The notes beneath the pieces were generated by a model, which did no database searches, had not been told where the DNA came from, and saw only the letters and a program-made list of their open reading frames with translations. 64,000 nucleotides of DNA, from NCBI GenBank assembly GCA_951406725.2, contig OX597831.1, forward strand, positions 49,786,001-49,850,000, given 5' to 3'. The position numbers were made by a program, and so were the translations under genes. Shown here piece after piece: positions 40,462 through 53,158 of the stretch (the stretch's first letter is position 1; each line of letters opens with the position of its first letter). This stretch comes from Octopus vulgaris (Eukaryota).

Positions 40462-40667
40462 CAAGGGGATAATGAAAAGTTCCTGGCTTTAAAAATCTCG
40501 TGAAAGACCTGGTTATGGGCCCAACCTTCCGAGTTCTTTTATGAGACTTAGAAAACCTGAAGGACCAGCGTGTAAATCTGAGACGGATGGGTTGAACGAT
40601 GTCATAATAAACTGATCCTCATGTATTTTCTTTCACCCACAGCCAGGAACTTTTCAGCGCCATTTCT
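40462..40667. mobile_element. Mariner-type MITE
   Basis: Inverted repeat gaaaagttcctggct / agccaggaacttttc, with TA flanks. Confidence 0.55.
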
Positions 40668-40819
40668 TATATAGTTCCACACAGCATTTTTGCTGTTGAT
40701 TAGTCACAGTTCTACACCGATCTAGTAGCTCAATCATCCAGCTGTTCCAATCGCATCATTTCAATGATAAGTAGTTGGGATTTGTCTGTAGAAATTTAGC
40801 CGTTCTTTCTAGGAAGCCG

Positions 40820-41080
40820 AACACCCACAAAAAGATCCCCTCCTCTGTTCATCGAATTTTTTATTCTTTGGGTCATAATGATCGAGCACATCTAAAATTA
40901 AAGGCATCCCAGTCATGCCCAAACTTTCGTGTATTCCAAAGGATAAAAACGGCATCATCCAATGTCATAAATTTTCCTTTAAAGGCAGTGAGCCATAATT
41001 TCAAGAAGACTTGAAACCTATCTCTCTCAGATCGAGCGACAATTTAGAAGACACTTGACAAGCGGGTTTGATGTTGGTGT
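40820..41080 (-). pseudogene. Possible Gypsy-type protease-region remnant
   Basis: AFKGK..VFILWNTRKFGHDWDAFN weakly resembles the ..LFGxDW..F motif. Confidence 0.25.
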
Positions 41081-41449
41081 CGCTGAGATTTCGACCATCA
41101 AAAAAGATCACATGAATTCTCAGAACAAGAATACTTACAGCTAAGACAAATATTAATCTGTTTTAAACAAAAGTATTCCTAGACATCTTTTCTTTTTTCT
41201 AATGATAAATATGATACAAATCAAAGCTTCCGAAATTTGTGACGGTCGCATTCAATATTTTGATAATAAAATATAAGTCAAAGGCATATGAACTTTTGAA
41301 AGTTTCTGGTGCTGTGAAATTTATCAAAGCACATTCAGTGAAAAAACTGTTCAGTGATGCCTTATGTTTAATTTTTTCAATGCTGTGTGTCTATTATATA
41401 TGTGTATTGTATGTATGCATAATGTGTGTCTATGTATGTATGCATATAT

Positions 41450-41503
<54 letters not shown>

Positions 41504-41538
41504 ATATATATATATATGTGTGTGTGTATATATATATA

Positions 41539-41611
<73 letters not shown>

Positions 41612-41947
41612 TATTTATTAATTCATAAACGAATATAAGGAAAAAAATTATATTAATGATTTTTATCAAGTAGTCAACAAGCTATAAAAATTTATAGACA
41701 ATTAATACATCAAATCAATAATAATGTAGATATGTATATAATTATATCAAGGGAGATAGGATGAAAACGACCTGTCTCCAGCATGATTGAAGCGCCGATA
41801 CCTTCAAAAAGTTACCAAAACCTCCTGGTAGACATACACATGGCTGAAAGCGGTCTAGTGATTGAAAATTAAAAAGACCTCACGTTAATTGTAAACTGGC
41901 TCCAATATCTTCGTCAAGAAAATATAAGTCCTATCTTCCTTGACATA

Positions 41948-41981
<34 letters not shown>

Positions 41982-41982
<1 letters not shown>

Positions 41983-42181
41983 GGAAAGTTTACGAAAATA
42001 AACAAAAGACGAAGGCAGGTGGAGTACAAACAAACAAATGTATTAGTATAGCACTCAGGAATAGAAAAAGTCTTTTAAGTTTCGAGCCTACGCTCTTCGA
42101 CAGAAAGATACACAGAAAAAAACGAGGAGAGAAACAAGGAGACAAAAAAATGCGTGTAGGAGCTAACGATCTATCATGGCG
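41982..42181 (-). mobile_element. ~170-190-bp dispersed repeat with minimal hammerhead-like motif (42071-42108)
   Basis: tcttt-CTGTCGA-A-gagc gtag gctc-GAAAC-TTA-aaaga; homolog of 8511-8673. Confidence 0.7.
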
Positions 42182-42197
42182 TCCTGATATATATATA

Positions 42198-42306
42198 TTT
42201 GCTTCAAACCACATGATTCCAGGTTCAGTCCCACTGCGTGGCATATTGGGCAAGTATTTTCTACTATAGCCTCGGGCTGACCAAAGCCTTATGAGTGGAT
42301 TTGGTA
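42198..42306 (+). mobile_element. Group B SINE head fragment
   Basis: ggttcagtcccactgcgtggca..ttgggcaag. Confidence 0.7.
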
Positions 42307-42586
42307 TGCGGTATATTAATACCACTTGTTAAAATCAGAACCACTGCTCCAAAAACCTCCATAAATATGTTGATAAAATACACACGAGCAATGCAATGAA
42401 TATTTAAAAAAATATGCGTGTCCTTGCTTTGAATACATAGATAAGTAATACATATTTCAATACCAATTGATTTTACGCTTTGCATGACAAACATTCTTTG
42501 CGATCTTCAGTTGAAAACATCATTTAACATCTATTTTAAAAATATTCGCTACGTTTGCTCGTGTGCGTTTCTAACTTTAAACGTCC

Positions 42587-43432
42587 GTATCCTTTCCTTT
42601 TGAACGGTACATGTCAACACAATTTCTAGTTAACTAAACACTTTTAAACTTCGTATACTGGTAGAATGTGTTTATAAAACATAATTTTTTCTTGGCTTTA
42701 TTGAGAAAATTCTATAGTTTGCAAGATATTTCGTCTGAAATTTCGAGCATTTAGGCAATTTTAACCAATCACCTACCTCCATTTGGGCTGAAAACATTCC
42801 GTGCTGTATGAATATGTCCCCCGTTTAAGAAACAGATTGGGTTTATTTACATTTGCGAAGAAAAACGATACCCTTCTCCCACCCCTAACCCTAAACCTAA
42901 CCCTAACCCTAATCCTAACCCTAACCCTAACTCCTACCCTAAATCTAAAATAGATTGAAATGCAATAGATCTATACTAGGGTTATAATTATGGGTGACAT
43001 TTTCATTTGACACCTCTAGAAAAAATCCCATTTTCCGTAGCGGTGTCGTATGAAATTATCACCCATAATTATAACACTAGTATCGATCTATTGCATTTCA
43101 ATCTATTTTAGATTTAGGGTTAGAGTTAGGGTTAGGGTGGGGGAAGGGTATCTTTTTTCTTCGCAAATGTAAACAAACCCAATCTGTTTCTTAAACGAGG
43201 AACATATTCATACAGCACGGAATGTTTTCACCCCAAACGGAGGTCAGCGATTGGTTAAAATTGCCGAAATGCTCGAAATTTCAGACGAAATATCTTGCAA
43301 ACTATAGAATTTTCTCAATAAAGCCAAGAAAAAATGATGTTTTATAAACACATTCTACCAGTATACGAAGTTTAAAAGTGTTTAGTTAACTAGAAATTGT
43401 GTTGACATGTGCCGTTGAAAAGGAAAAGATCC
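42587..43432. mobile_element. 846-bp foldback/MITE (almost entirely inverted repeat) with 8-bp TSD and internal (CCCTAA)n
   Basis: Arms ~42587-43018 / ~43037-43432; TSD aaacgtcc at 42579-42586 and 43433-43440. Confidence 0.9.
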
Positions 43433-43533
43433 AAACGTCCCGCTCCGTTTAAAAGAAACTATCGTAAACAACAAAATTCAAATAAGGTAGTATTATTGCC
43501 GTTATTTACAGTAATAATAAGGTGGCTAGCAAG

Positions 43534-43586
<53 letters not shown>

Positions 43587-44044
43587 GTGTTCTCTAAGAG
43601 GAATGGGAGTATTGTTCGAATATTTTTAGATTAATATAGTCTCATTATGTGTACGTTTATGCCGTGGGCAGAAAGCGTAGCATATATATGTGTGATTGTA
43701 TAGCTATATTTATCGCACACCAACTTCAGACACTTCCTCAGCATACGCCATAGTTCAAAGTCAAGGAAAAGCAATTTACTTCAAAACAACTCCTGTAATA
43801 GTTAACCGACATTTAAACCAACGAAATTCCTTTACACTTCTTTAAACCGCAGCGCACAGACAATACATATTTATCTTCGTGCTTATCAAGCATTCTATTA
43901 CGTTACTTTTGTTTCAAAACATTCGGCCTCACCAAAACCACTACTACAACTACAAGTCCAGTAACTCTGTTCTTATCAGATTCCATTGAATATTAATCAC
44001 GTAGCATAAATTCATTTTGATCGCATTCATATGTCGTTAGTAAG

Positions 44045-44665
44045 GCTATAAACTAGCAGAAACGTTAACACGCCGGGCGAAATGCTTAGCAGTATTTCGT
44101 CTGCCGTTACGTTCTGAGTTCAAATTCCGCCGAGGTCGACTTTGCCTTTCATCCTTTCGGGGTCGATAAATTAATTACCAGTTACGCATTGGGGTCGATG
44201 TAATCGATTTAATCCGTTTGTCTGTCCTTGTTTGTACCCTCTGTGTTTAGCCCCTTGTGGGTAGTAAAGAAATAGAAATAGGTATTTCGTCTGCCGTTAC
44301 GTTCTGAGTTCAAATTCCGCCGAGGTCGACTTTGCCTTTCATCCTTTCGGGGTCGATTAATTAAGTACCAGTTATGCATTGGTGTCGATGTAATCGATTT
44401 AATCCGTTTGTCTTTCTTTGTTTGTCCCCTCTATGTGTAGCCCCTTGTGGGCAGTAAAGAAATAAGAAACGTTAACACACTGGGCGAAATGCTTAACGGT
44501 ATTTCGTCTGTCTTTACGTTCTGATTTCAAATTCCACCGAGATCGGCTTTGCATTTCATCCTTTCGGTGTCGATAAATTAAGTACCAGTAGCGTACTGCG
44601 GCCGAACTTTTCGACTGGCCCCCTTCCTCAAACTTTCGAGCCTTGCGCCTAGAGTAGGAAAGATT
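44045..44665 (+). mobile_element. Three tandem group C SINE copies
   Basis: gtatttcgtctg..gagttcaaattcc..tttcatcctttcgg at ~44092, 44282 and 44499. Confidence 0.9.
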
Positions 44666-45352
44666 CATATGTTGTTAATTTTCTCCTCTTTTTTACCTAT
44701 ATTTAAGTATTTATGCATGTATTCATATAGTAATTGTATAGAATTCTTTATAATTCAGTTATGTTATCTCATGGTTGAGCGTGACAGTTACTCCCCATAC
44801 ACAGTGCATGTAAGAATACCATCATCTAAACAATACACATGCAAAAAATATCACTATCTGTTTAATGAATGAAGCTGAAACAAAAAATTTCATTGGCGTC
44901 TGAATCAGATCCAGCTGTGAATGATTATTATTCAGTTCTTCGTCAATTATCGTATTGAGAACTTTGCAAAATTGCATACACAATCCCCTGATGTCATTCT
45001 CGCTCTATATGTATATATATGTATACATACATATATACATATACATATACAAACAACTAATGTAGGATAAAATTTTTTTCGAAAAAATTTTGTCAATGGC
45101 CAGCATATCAAAAAATACCTTTAAAGGTTAAATTTATAAATAAGGCAAATATAATAAATAAGGGCAAAAGAAAATTTCTAATGCCAAATATGCCGAAAAA
45201 AAAAAGACAAAATTGTCAATAACCATTATAATTTATGCGTCTCGAAACAAGCCGATAGAAATTTCTAAAAAATCCATTATTACCGTATTGGTTCGAATTT
45301 CGGGGTTAATTCATAAGAATTTTCCCCTTCGCGGCGATAAATACGTAAGACA

Positions 45353-45484
45353 TAAATGAAATACTTACTCATACCCATGGAAAAAGCAAAATAGGACTTA
45401 CATTTTGGATATATTTGGGGTACTTAGGTCTGCTCAGGACTTAGTGCTTGCTTTTTCCATGGGTATGAGTAAGTATTTCATTTA
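45353..45484. repeat. Perfect 37-bp inverted repeat with 58-bp spacer
   Basis: taaatgaaatacttactcatacccatggaaaaagcaa and its reverse complement. Confidence 0.85.
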
Positions 45485-45709
45485 GTAATTTCAATTAGTA
45501 GGAAGTAATATAATGTACTATTGACTATGTATATTTGCATCTAGATACTAATATGTGTATGTTTATTATCACAATATTAAGTTGAAAACTGAAACATTGA
45601 ATGTGGAACATATATATGTTTACTAATTTATATTATTTATTTACATCATTATGTATATGTATATTTTTATATTTATAGGAGTGTGAGTATATGCACTAAT
45701 ATGTATATG

Positions 45710-45842
45710 TATATCTCCGAAGAGGCCTTATGATATTTTTGTAAATGTCTCATTTATATCTATATATTGACCTACCATATAAGGCTAATATTGGTAAAAT
45801 GAGACATACTTATCTACATGGCCGAAACAGCTGTAAGATGTA
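45710..45842 (+). ncRNA. Type I hammerhead with long stem II and U4->C core change
   Basis: tatatct-CCGAAGA-ggcc..atgtctcattt..aaatgagacat..ggcc-GAAAC-AGCT-GTA-agatgta. Confidence 0.65.
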
Positions 45843-46252
45843 ATCTATACTTATATTCATATTTACTTATATTTATATTCTCTTTTTTATATATATTCTA
45901 CTTATTATACATTACTCTTTTATGTACACTTTTTTATGTACATTCCTTTATGTACACTGAATTGTTCTGCTTTTTTATGTTTAACCCTACAGTCTCTTAT
46001 GTGGTGGTTTAATAAAGTATGTGATTGAGTATTATCTGGTAATTGATATTTGATTTAGATGCATTTCTCCATTTTCTTATCTTGTATATATATATATATA
46101 TATATATTTAAATTATAGCTTATGGTATCTACGAGATACCGCTATGCTGAAAATAGTAGCCAGGATCTGACTCTAAGACCACATTAAGTGTTCATATAGC
46201 ACAAGGAGAGAAGACAGAAAAACAAAATAAAACTAGTAAAAATTACTGGTTA

Positions 46253-46311
46253 ATTGCAGATCCCGGATTTCTGGCTTTGGATTTAGAAATGATTTGCCTC
46301 ATCAGTGGAAT
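46253..46311 (-). ncRNA. Type I hammerhead-like motif
   Basis: attcca-CTGATGA-ggc..gcc a-GAAA-tccggga-TC-tgcaat; near-palindrome ATCCGGGAT; one stem I mismatch. Confidence 0.55.
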
Positions 46312-46331
46312 ATACGCACAGAGAAACATAA

Positions 46332-46404
<73 letters not shown>

Positions 46405-46433
46405 CAACATACGAATACTTACATATACGAACG

Positions 46434-46465
<32 letters not shown>

Positions 46466-46660
46466 TAAATATAATAATAATAATAATAATAAAAATAAAA
46501 AATATATATATATAAAAATTTATAAGTATTAATTAATATTAAAAATTAAAAAAAAATTTTAACTTTATATTTAAATAATTTAAATTTTCAATTAATTTTA
46601 TTTCTATGTTTTGGTTTATATTTTTCAGTTTGGTTTTCCTAATAGTGCTTTTATCTCTAA

Positions 46661-46717
<57 letters not shown>

Positions 46718-46885
46718 TCTCTCTCTCTCTCTGTATATATATATATATATATATACACGCACACGCACATATATGTGTATACGTATATAACTGCGGCTAT
46801 AAGCAGCATCTCGGCTATCACACCAACACCAATTTACGTAGGAACGTGGTTAACATAGCGATCAAATAACAATGTACATGTTACA

Positions 46886-46937
46886 CCTTTTGATGAAGCG
46901 AACAATGATTAGTTATATCCCTGAAAATTATTAAAGG
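46886..46937 (+). ncRNA. Decayed hammerhead relic (resembles the 22855 family)
   Basis: cctt-TTGATGA-agcga..tccct-GAAA-atta-TTA-aagg. Confidence 0.35.
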
Positions 46938-47208
46938 AGCGCTTCATCAATCTAAGGCATGGATATCAAATAGCTGTGTTGTTATATCAAAGAGTGAATA
47001 ACAATAATTATAATTGATGGAAATCAGTCAAATCAATCTTAGGCACGTTTTGGTGAATGACCGTTACTTCATATTACATACGAAATTACGTAGGTAATTT
47101 CTTGAACTTGGAAAAATACAAGGCCAGAACGTAGCGTCCTAATTGTAGCTGAAGTTGGAACTTGAATTTGAATATTTTGCTGGGTAGTGTTTGGATGGAT
47201 AAAAGTAA

Positions 47209-47337
47209 GGAGTGGCTGTGTGGTAAATAGGTTGCTTACTAACCACATGGTACTGGGTTCAGTCCCACTGCGTGGCACCTTGGGCAGGCGTCTTCCTTGT
47301 GAGTGGATTTGGTAGACGGAACTGAAAGAAGCCCGTC

Positions 47338-47425
<88 letters not shown>

Positions 47426-47625
47426 CTGTATATGTTTGTGTATCTGTGTTGGTCCCCCAACATCGCTTGACAGCCGATCTGGTGTATTTACGTCCCCGTA
47501 ACTTAGCGGTTCGGCAAAAGAGACCGATAGAATAATTACTAGGCTTACAAAGAATAAGTCTTGGGATCGATTTGCTCGACTAAAGGGGTGCTCCAGCATG
47601 GCCACAGTCAAATGACTGAAACAAG
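47209..47625 (+). mobile_element. Group B SINE with internal deletion and expanded (TA)n
   Basis: Homology to 35201-35606. Confidence 0.88.
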
Positions 47626-48452
47626 TGTGGGGGGGAGTATACTCTTTAAACAACACGATTGTAATGCGTGTAAATTAGAGGAACCATTTTTCTCCTTATA
47701 ACTTTGTCATGCGCATTTCTAATTGAGTTACCTAATGGTTTGGAGAAGGAGCTTTTATTTGGCCATGGGTTTTAGATAGCGCGATTTTTTTTGGGGGGGG
47801 GATTTCTAAGCATCAGTGTTCAAAAACCGTTGGGTTTCCTGAGCTACATGGGCATAGATTTCGAACAATTTTAGTAGGGATTGGGGAATAAATGTTCATT
47901 TTAGAGAGAAAAAAATAAAGGTGTGTCAATTATACCTCTCTCTCTATCACACCCCATTCATTGTGTTTTTTTATACTCTCTTTCTCTCTTTATCACCTTT
48001 CTCTCTTTATCACCTTTATCTCCCCATTCCTACTTTCAAATTATCTCGACTGACCACTAACTGGTACACTTTCCTTTTTCTTTTTTCTTTCTTTCCTTTA
48101 CTCCTCTCTTCCTGTTTTTCTTCTTTTTTATTTTTTATTATTTTATTATTATTCTTATTATTCTTATTTTATTCTCTTTCTTTTTTCTTTTTTCTCTTTA
48201 TTCTCCTTATTCTCTCTTGTTTTCAATTTGACTTTACTAATGCATTTCGTACTCTTAGGTCACTTTAAATAAAACCCTTGATTCAATAACACTCATAATA
48301 TATTGGAATCTTATATGTATTCCATCCTGCCTAAATAATGGATCTACAAATACAATATCCCTGCATATCTCACATCTATTTTCATTCCTCCACTTCCCTC
48401 TCTATTTCATATCTTATCTAGAATAACTATTGCTTAACCATTTTCTCAAACC

Positions 48453-48500
48453 GTCTCCGACGAAGGGATATGATAAGTATCCTAGGAACAGCTGTAATGC
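48453..48500 (+). ncRNA. Decayed hammerhead relic, same family as 22855-22904
   Basis: ttttctca..ccgtct-CCGACGA-agggata..tatccta-GGAAC-AGCT-GTA. Confidence 0.45.
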
Positions 48501-48698
48501 CTATTTATATGTTGGGTTTTTTAAAAATCTCATTACGGAACAAAATATTTTATATACACACGCTGATATATGACCTAATTTGGCCCTCTTATTCGCATAG
48601 TCACCGAACCTGGAACTTAACTATGGTCTATCCATAGTACTTACTCAGCAACATTACCTGACACCTTTGGGTCTCACTGACACCACTACTTCTCATAA

Positions 48699-48826
<128 letters not shown>

Positions 48827-49569
48827 GTCACAGAGAGCGATTTAGCTTGCACCCAGCCTCGTTTGGAGCGCGGTCTTGAGAAGTTAAACAACTGATGAAA
48901 TATCGATGTCTATCGTTTCTGAATGGGACCTAATGCGAGCTATTTCGCTTGTTTATGACTTCTAGGTTTATTTAATACCAATGCATGGATGTGAATATAT
49001 TCTCTTAACGCCTATAAGCGCAGCCTCCTCACGGACTAGCAAAATACATACCCTTGTATATGTGTGTTCGATATTGTTCATATATATATATATATCTTTA
49101 CAGGAGAAGGTTCATGCATATTACACCTACAAGCTCTTCACGTGTTCGCCTGTGTTCGAACATTAATCTTAATTCTAAATGCAACATTTCCTACCGTCAA
49201 CTTCAAATTATCCTTCAAGGAATACTATTGAATAAATGAGAATAAATGCTAAAACTTACACTTATCTCGAAGAAATTCTTTTATTTTAATCTCAAAATGT
49301 TGGATTTAGAACATATATTTCTATGGACAATTATGTGCTTATGTATCCATGCATACATACATGCATATGTGTGTGTGTGTGTGTGTGTGTTTGTGTTCTA
49401 GAGGCTATTTTAAAAGCGATATTAAAATATTTAGAGTAAAAGTTTGATCATAAAGTCATTGCTTATCCATGCGAAATTATGGATATAAATACAGAAGTAT
49501 TAAACTGTCCAGAAATACATTTTAGATTATAGGATGATATTTTAATATTTTAATATTTTTGAGGTAATT

Positions 49570-50300
49570 TATAACGAAGATTTGCGTAAATCACTTACAC
49601 CATGGAGAAATTTATTTCAATAGTAGTTAAGTACTGGCGTTTACGTTTTGCGTTCTGATTCCGTCGGAGTGGTCTTGGTAGTTTAATCGTTATGAAGAGG
49701 CAAAATGTTCCTTGCTGAATTTGAAGCCAAGCGTAAACCCTACAAGCATAGCAGTGAAGTTGTTGTGGAATAGTAACCGCCATCACATTTCACACTTGGA
49801 AAATTTAGCTCTCCGCAATTATTTCATTGAAATACTTTCATAGTGGTTCAGTTTCTTCGGTGGATTCACCTTCTATTTTTTAATTAGTTATTTTATTTCT
49901 CATTCCATGAAATTTTAAAATCCTACTATTTTCTTGTTTAAAAGTTGTTTATATCCTAATACTAATTTCGCAGCAGTACTTTAAATTTTTCCACCGAGGG
50001 CGTTGTTACAACAAGAGCTTTGATATATAAATCCCTTCGATTCTGCTTTTTCAGGTTTTAAATTTTTGCCACTTTCACGTACTTCCCTCCACCGGTAGAA
50101 TACGATTTAGAATTTGCGTCAGAATTACATTTGAAACCAAACTTTAGTAAACTAACTGTCCGTTTTGCGAAAGATCTAAGTTGCTTGCTTTTTAGCGTCA
50201 TACTCCCTACAAATTCGTGTCATTAAGTTACCACTTAATTTCTAGTTTCTCCTTTACAGATAAGGTTTTGCATTTTTTCTCTGGGTTACTATTGTTCTAT
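49570..50300 (-). pseudogene. Highly decayed Tigger/pogo transposase
   Basis: KKCKTLSVKEKLEI (CENP-B-type HTH start), WREVRESGKNL, KLPRPLR..PV..YY; many frameshifts. Confidence 0.45.
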
Positions 50301-51015
50301 GAAAGTTATGGGTGTAATTTTGAGGAATGAAAGTACACATTCCCAAAAAATGTATGAGGACAAATATATTTGTGAAATGCTAACATCACGCTCAAAAAAA
50401 TAAAAAATTTTTACTGGTTGGGTGTAACAAGCTAAGTCTTCATATATTTTTCAGTCTCCTTAAGTCTTCCAGCCACCCTGTATATATACATCTCACTTTA
50501 TTTATAGTATTCAAAAGAAAATTAAGTGATTAATATATATATTTAGAATTAACGTGATATATATATATATATATAACGAAGTAATGGCGCAAAGCAGTGT
50601 TTACGTATAATCACTCTTTATGTTAGTTGAAATATGTTTGTCACATATCTCAACTGCTAAAGGCAAATATATTGCAGTTACTGTGGAGAAAAATCTTTCT
50701 TATAGTAAAAAGGTGTGATAATTCCCATCTTTCGGGAATCACAGACATCGATGTTTCGGGTCTATTGGCTCTTGCCGATGAGAGGCAACTCCGAACGAAC
50801 TAAATAAAGCTTGTCACTTTATATATAATTCAGTCAACACATTAACCGATTTGCGCTAGTAGATCGTCCGATCGAGATAAATAACGATGTAACATCGATG
50901 TCTCAGATTCTCAAGAGATGGCGACACTGAACGAATTGGATGTTTTCAAACATTTTTACCATAAAAGAGATTTTGTCTTAACGGTAACTGCAGTTGAAAT
51001 GTGTGACAAACATAC

Positions 51016-51117
51016 TTCAAGTAACCTAAATTGTGTCAAACTTCTTCCAGTGGCTGAAGCATAGCTGTCAGTTGGAACTGGTTCGCACTCCATTCTCTGC
51101 TTCTTGTCTACTTCACC
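51016..51117 (-). other. Possible isolated exon (GEVDKKQRMECEPVPTDSYASATGRSLTQFRLLE), product unknown
   Basis: ttttcttccccattcatag| acceptor, GAA|gtatgt donor, one open frame; boundaries +/-2. Confidence 0.25.
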
Positions 51118-51276
51118 TATGAATGGGGAAGAAAACAATTGTAATTTTACAAACAGCAACACCAATTCAACAGTTTAACAATGATATTCAACAAGTAGGT
51201 TCACCCTTAAGGGAGATCTTCTACAAGTATATAACAATTTAAGTCACAATTTAACTCACAGGGATCAAAAATGATG

Positions 51277-51339
<63 letters not shown>

Positions 51340-51388
51340 CATTATTATTATTATTTGTTTATTCTTTAACACAACATTATTATTATTT

Positions 51389-51673
51389 TCTTCAGAATGT
51401 CACAGGCAGTACTAGTCTACATTGTTTACAGGTAGAGCAACTAACACCTAGCGAACGGACTTAAATCTTTCACTAGGACTTATCATTATTAATTTTTTTT
51501 CGCACAGAATTATTTTTGTCTTCAGAATGATGTAGCTAGTACCTGTCTTCATTGTTTACTGGTAGCACTACTAGCACAAATCGACCTTAATTAAATCCTT
51601 CACACGGACTTATTATTATTATTATTATTATTATTATCATTATTATTATTATTAGTATTATTATTACTACTAC

Positions 51674-51757
<84 letters not shown>

Positions 51758-51905
51758 CATTATTATTATCATTATTATTATTTTTTTTTCCTTCCACTCA
51801 GAATTATGTTTCTCATCAGAATGCCGCAGGTAGTACCAGTCTACATTGTTTACCGGAAGCGCTACTGGCACATAGCGACCTGACTTAAATCCTACAAACG
51901 GATTT
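51389..51905 (+). repeat. Three diverged ~95-bp units separated by (TTA)n
   Basis: tcagaatg..gtctacattgtttac..ttaaatcc..ggactta at ~51390, 51520 and 51815. Confidence 0.75.
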
Positions 51906-52306
51906 ATATTAATTTTCACTGTGTGTATTTCAGCTCTGTGTTAGAGTTCCAGTTTTATCAGACAGTTTTTCTTCAAAATCTTTTTATCAATCGTGTCTGA
52001 GTAGAGTCATCCTCTTTTCGTGCTTTATAGAATATATATTTTTTTGACTGTGTGTATGTTATTCTCTCTGTCTGTAGTTCAGTTCCGTGTTATTTCAAAT
52101 CCTACTTCGGAATCTATTTTTCACAGCGTATGTACGAATCTTCGTCGCCACTGATATACACTGCATTATGGCGCCATAGTTCGTTGTCTGCGTGACTGAC
52201 CCGTACGGCGTACCTGGCCAACTGACCCTGTCCCCTATTTTGGGGGTGTCCGTCACAACAAGTTCAAATATGTAACAAAGGCATTCCAAATAACCTAAAC
52301 TCTGAA

Positions 52307-52383
<77 letters not shown>

Positions 52384-52384
52384 C

Positions 52385-52457
<73 letters not shown>

Positions 52458-52477
52458 GGACTTATTCAAATTATTTT

Positions 52478-52566
52478 ACTTCCGACACATGTTTCGAAGA
52501 TATCACTGGTATTATTCCAAAGGAATAAAATGGTGTAAAACAATATAATCTTCTCTTCAGGGAAGT
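52478..52566 (-). ncRNA. Canonical type I hammerhead ribozyme
   Basis: acttcc-CTGAAGA-gaagat...atcttc-GAAAC-atgt-GTC-ggaagt; all core nucleotides and stems intact. Confidence 0.85.
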
Positions 52567-52903
52567 GAAGAAAAGAAACTCGTCTATAAGACATTTTAAC
52601 AGAAAATGATGAATGTGTATAGTGATAATACATATGTATAATACCAGTGATATCTTCGAAACATGTGTCGGAAGTAAAAGAATTCGAATAACACATGCGT
52701 TTAACTCCATTTATTTATTTATATATATTATACATAATATTTCACGTAAACCCGAAGTTTCTACCTTTAAAAACAAGGAGTTGCAACCTTTTTACTTGTA
52801 TGCTTTTTTTCTACCCTGGTAGCTATTTATATATATTTTCCGTGTTAATTGTTAACAAGGGAAAATGCCCACATCTATATATATTATATATACATACATA
52901 TAA

Positions 52904-52953
<50 letters not shown>

Positions 52954-52984
52954 AAACAATGGAAAACAATGAGAGATATAATCT

Positions 52985-53158
52985 ATCTACAGTATTGTTT
53001 TGCTACGGTGAAAATACGTTTGTAAAGCTTCAGTAAATTTCGATATATACTAAACTCTTATTTTCATCTCGGAGAAAAGTGAACATAGTTAGATTATATG
53101 TGTATATATTGGAGCTTTACAAACATTGTTGCACCGTAGCAGAATGATATTATTGATA
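52985..53158. repeat. Imperfect ~50-bp inverted repeat (MITE-like)
   Basis: tgctacggtg..gtttgtaaagct / agctttacaaac..caccgtagca. Confidence 0.55.

Noticed and set aside
42883-43139. Telomere fusion or chromosome end
   Set aside because: Short degenerate hexamers lie within the arms of a TSD-flanked foldback element
49595-49786. Minus-strand exon ending in GT|gtaagtg
   Set aside because: Lies within the decayed Tigger/pogo-like remnant; the splice match is likely fortuitous
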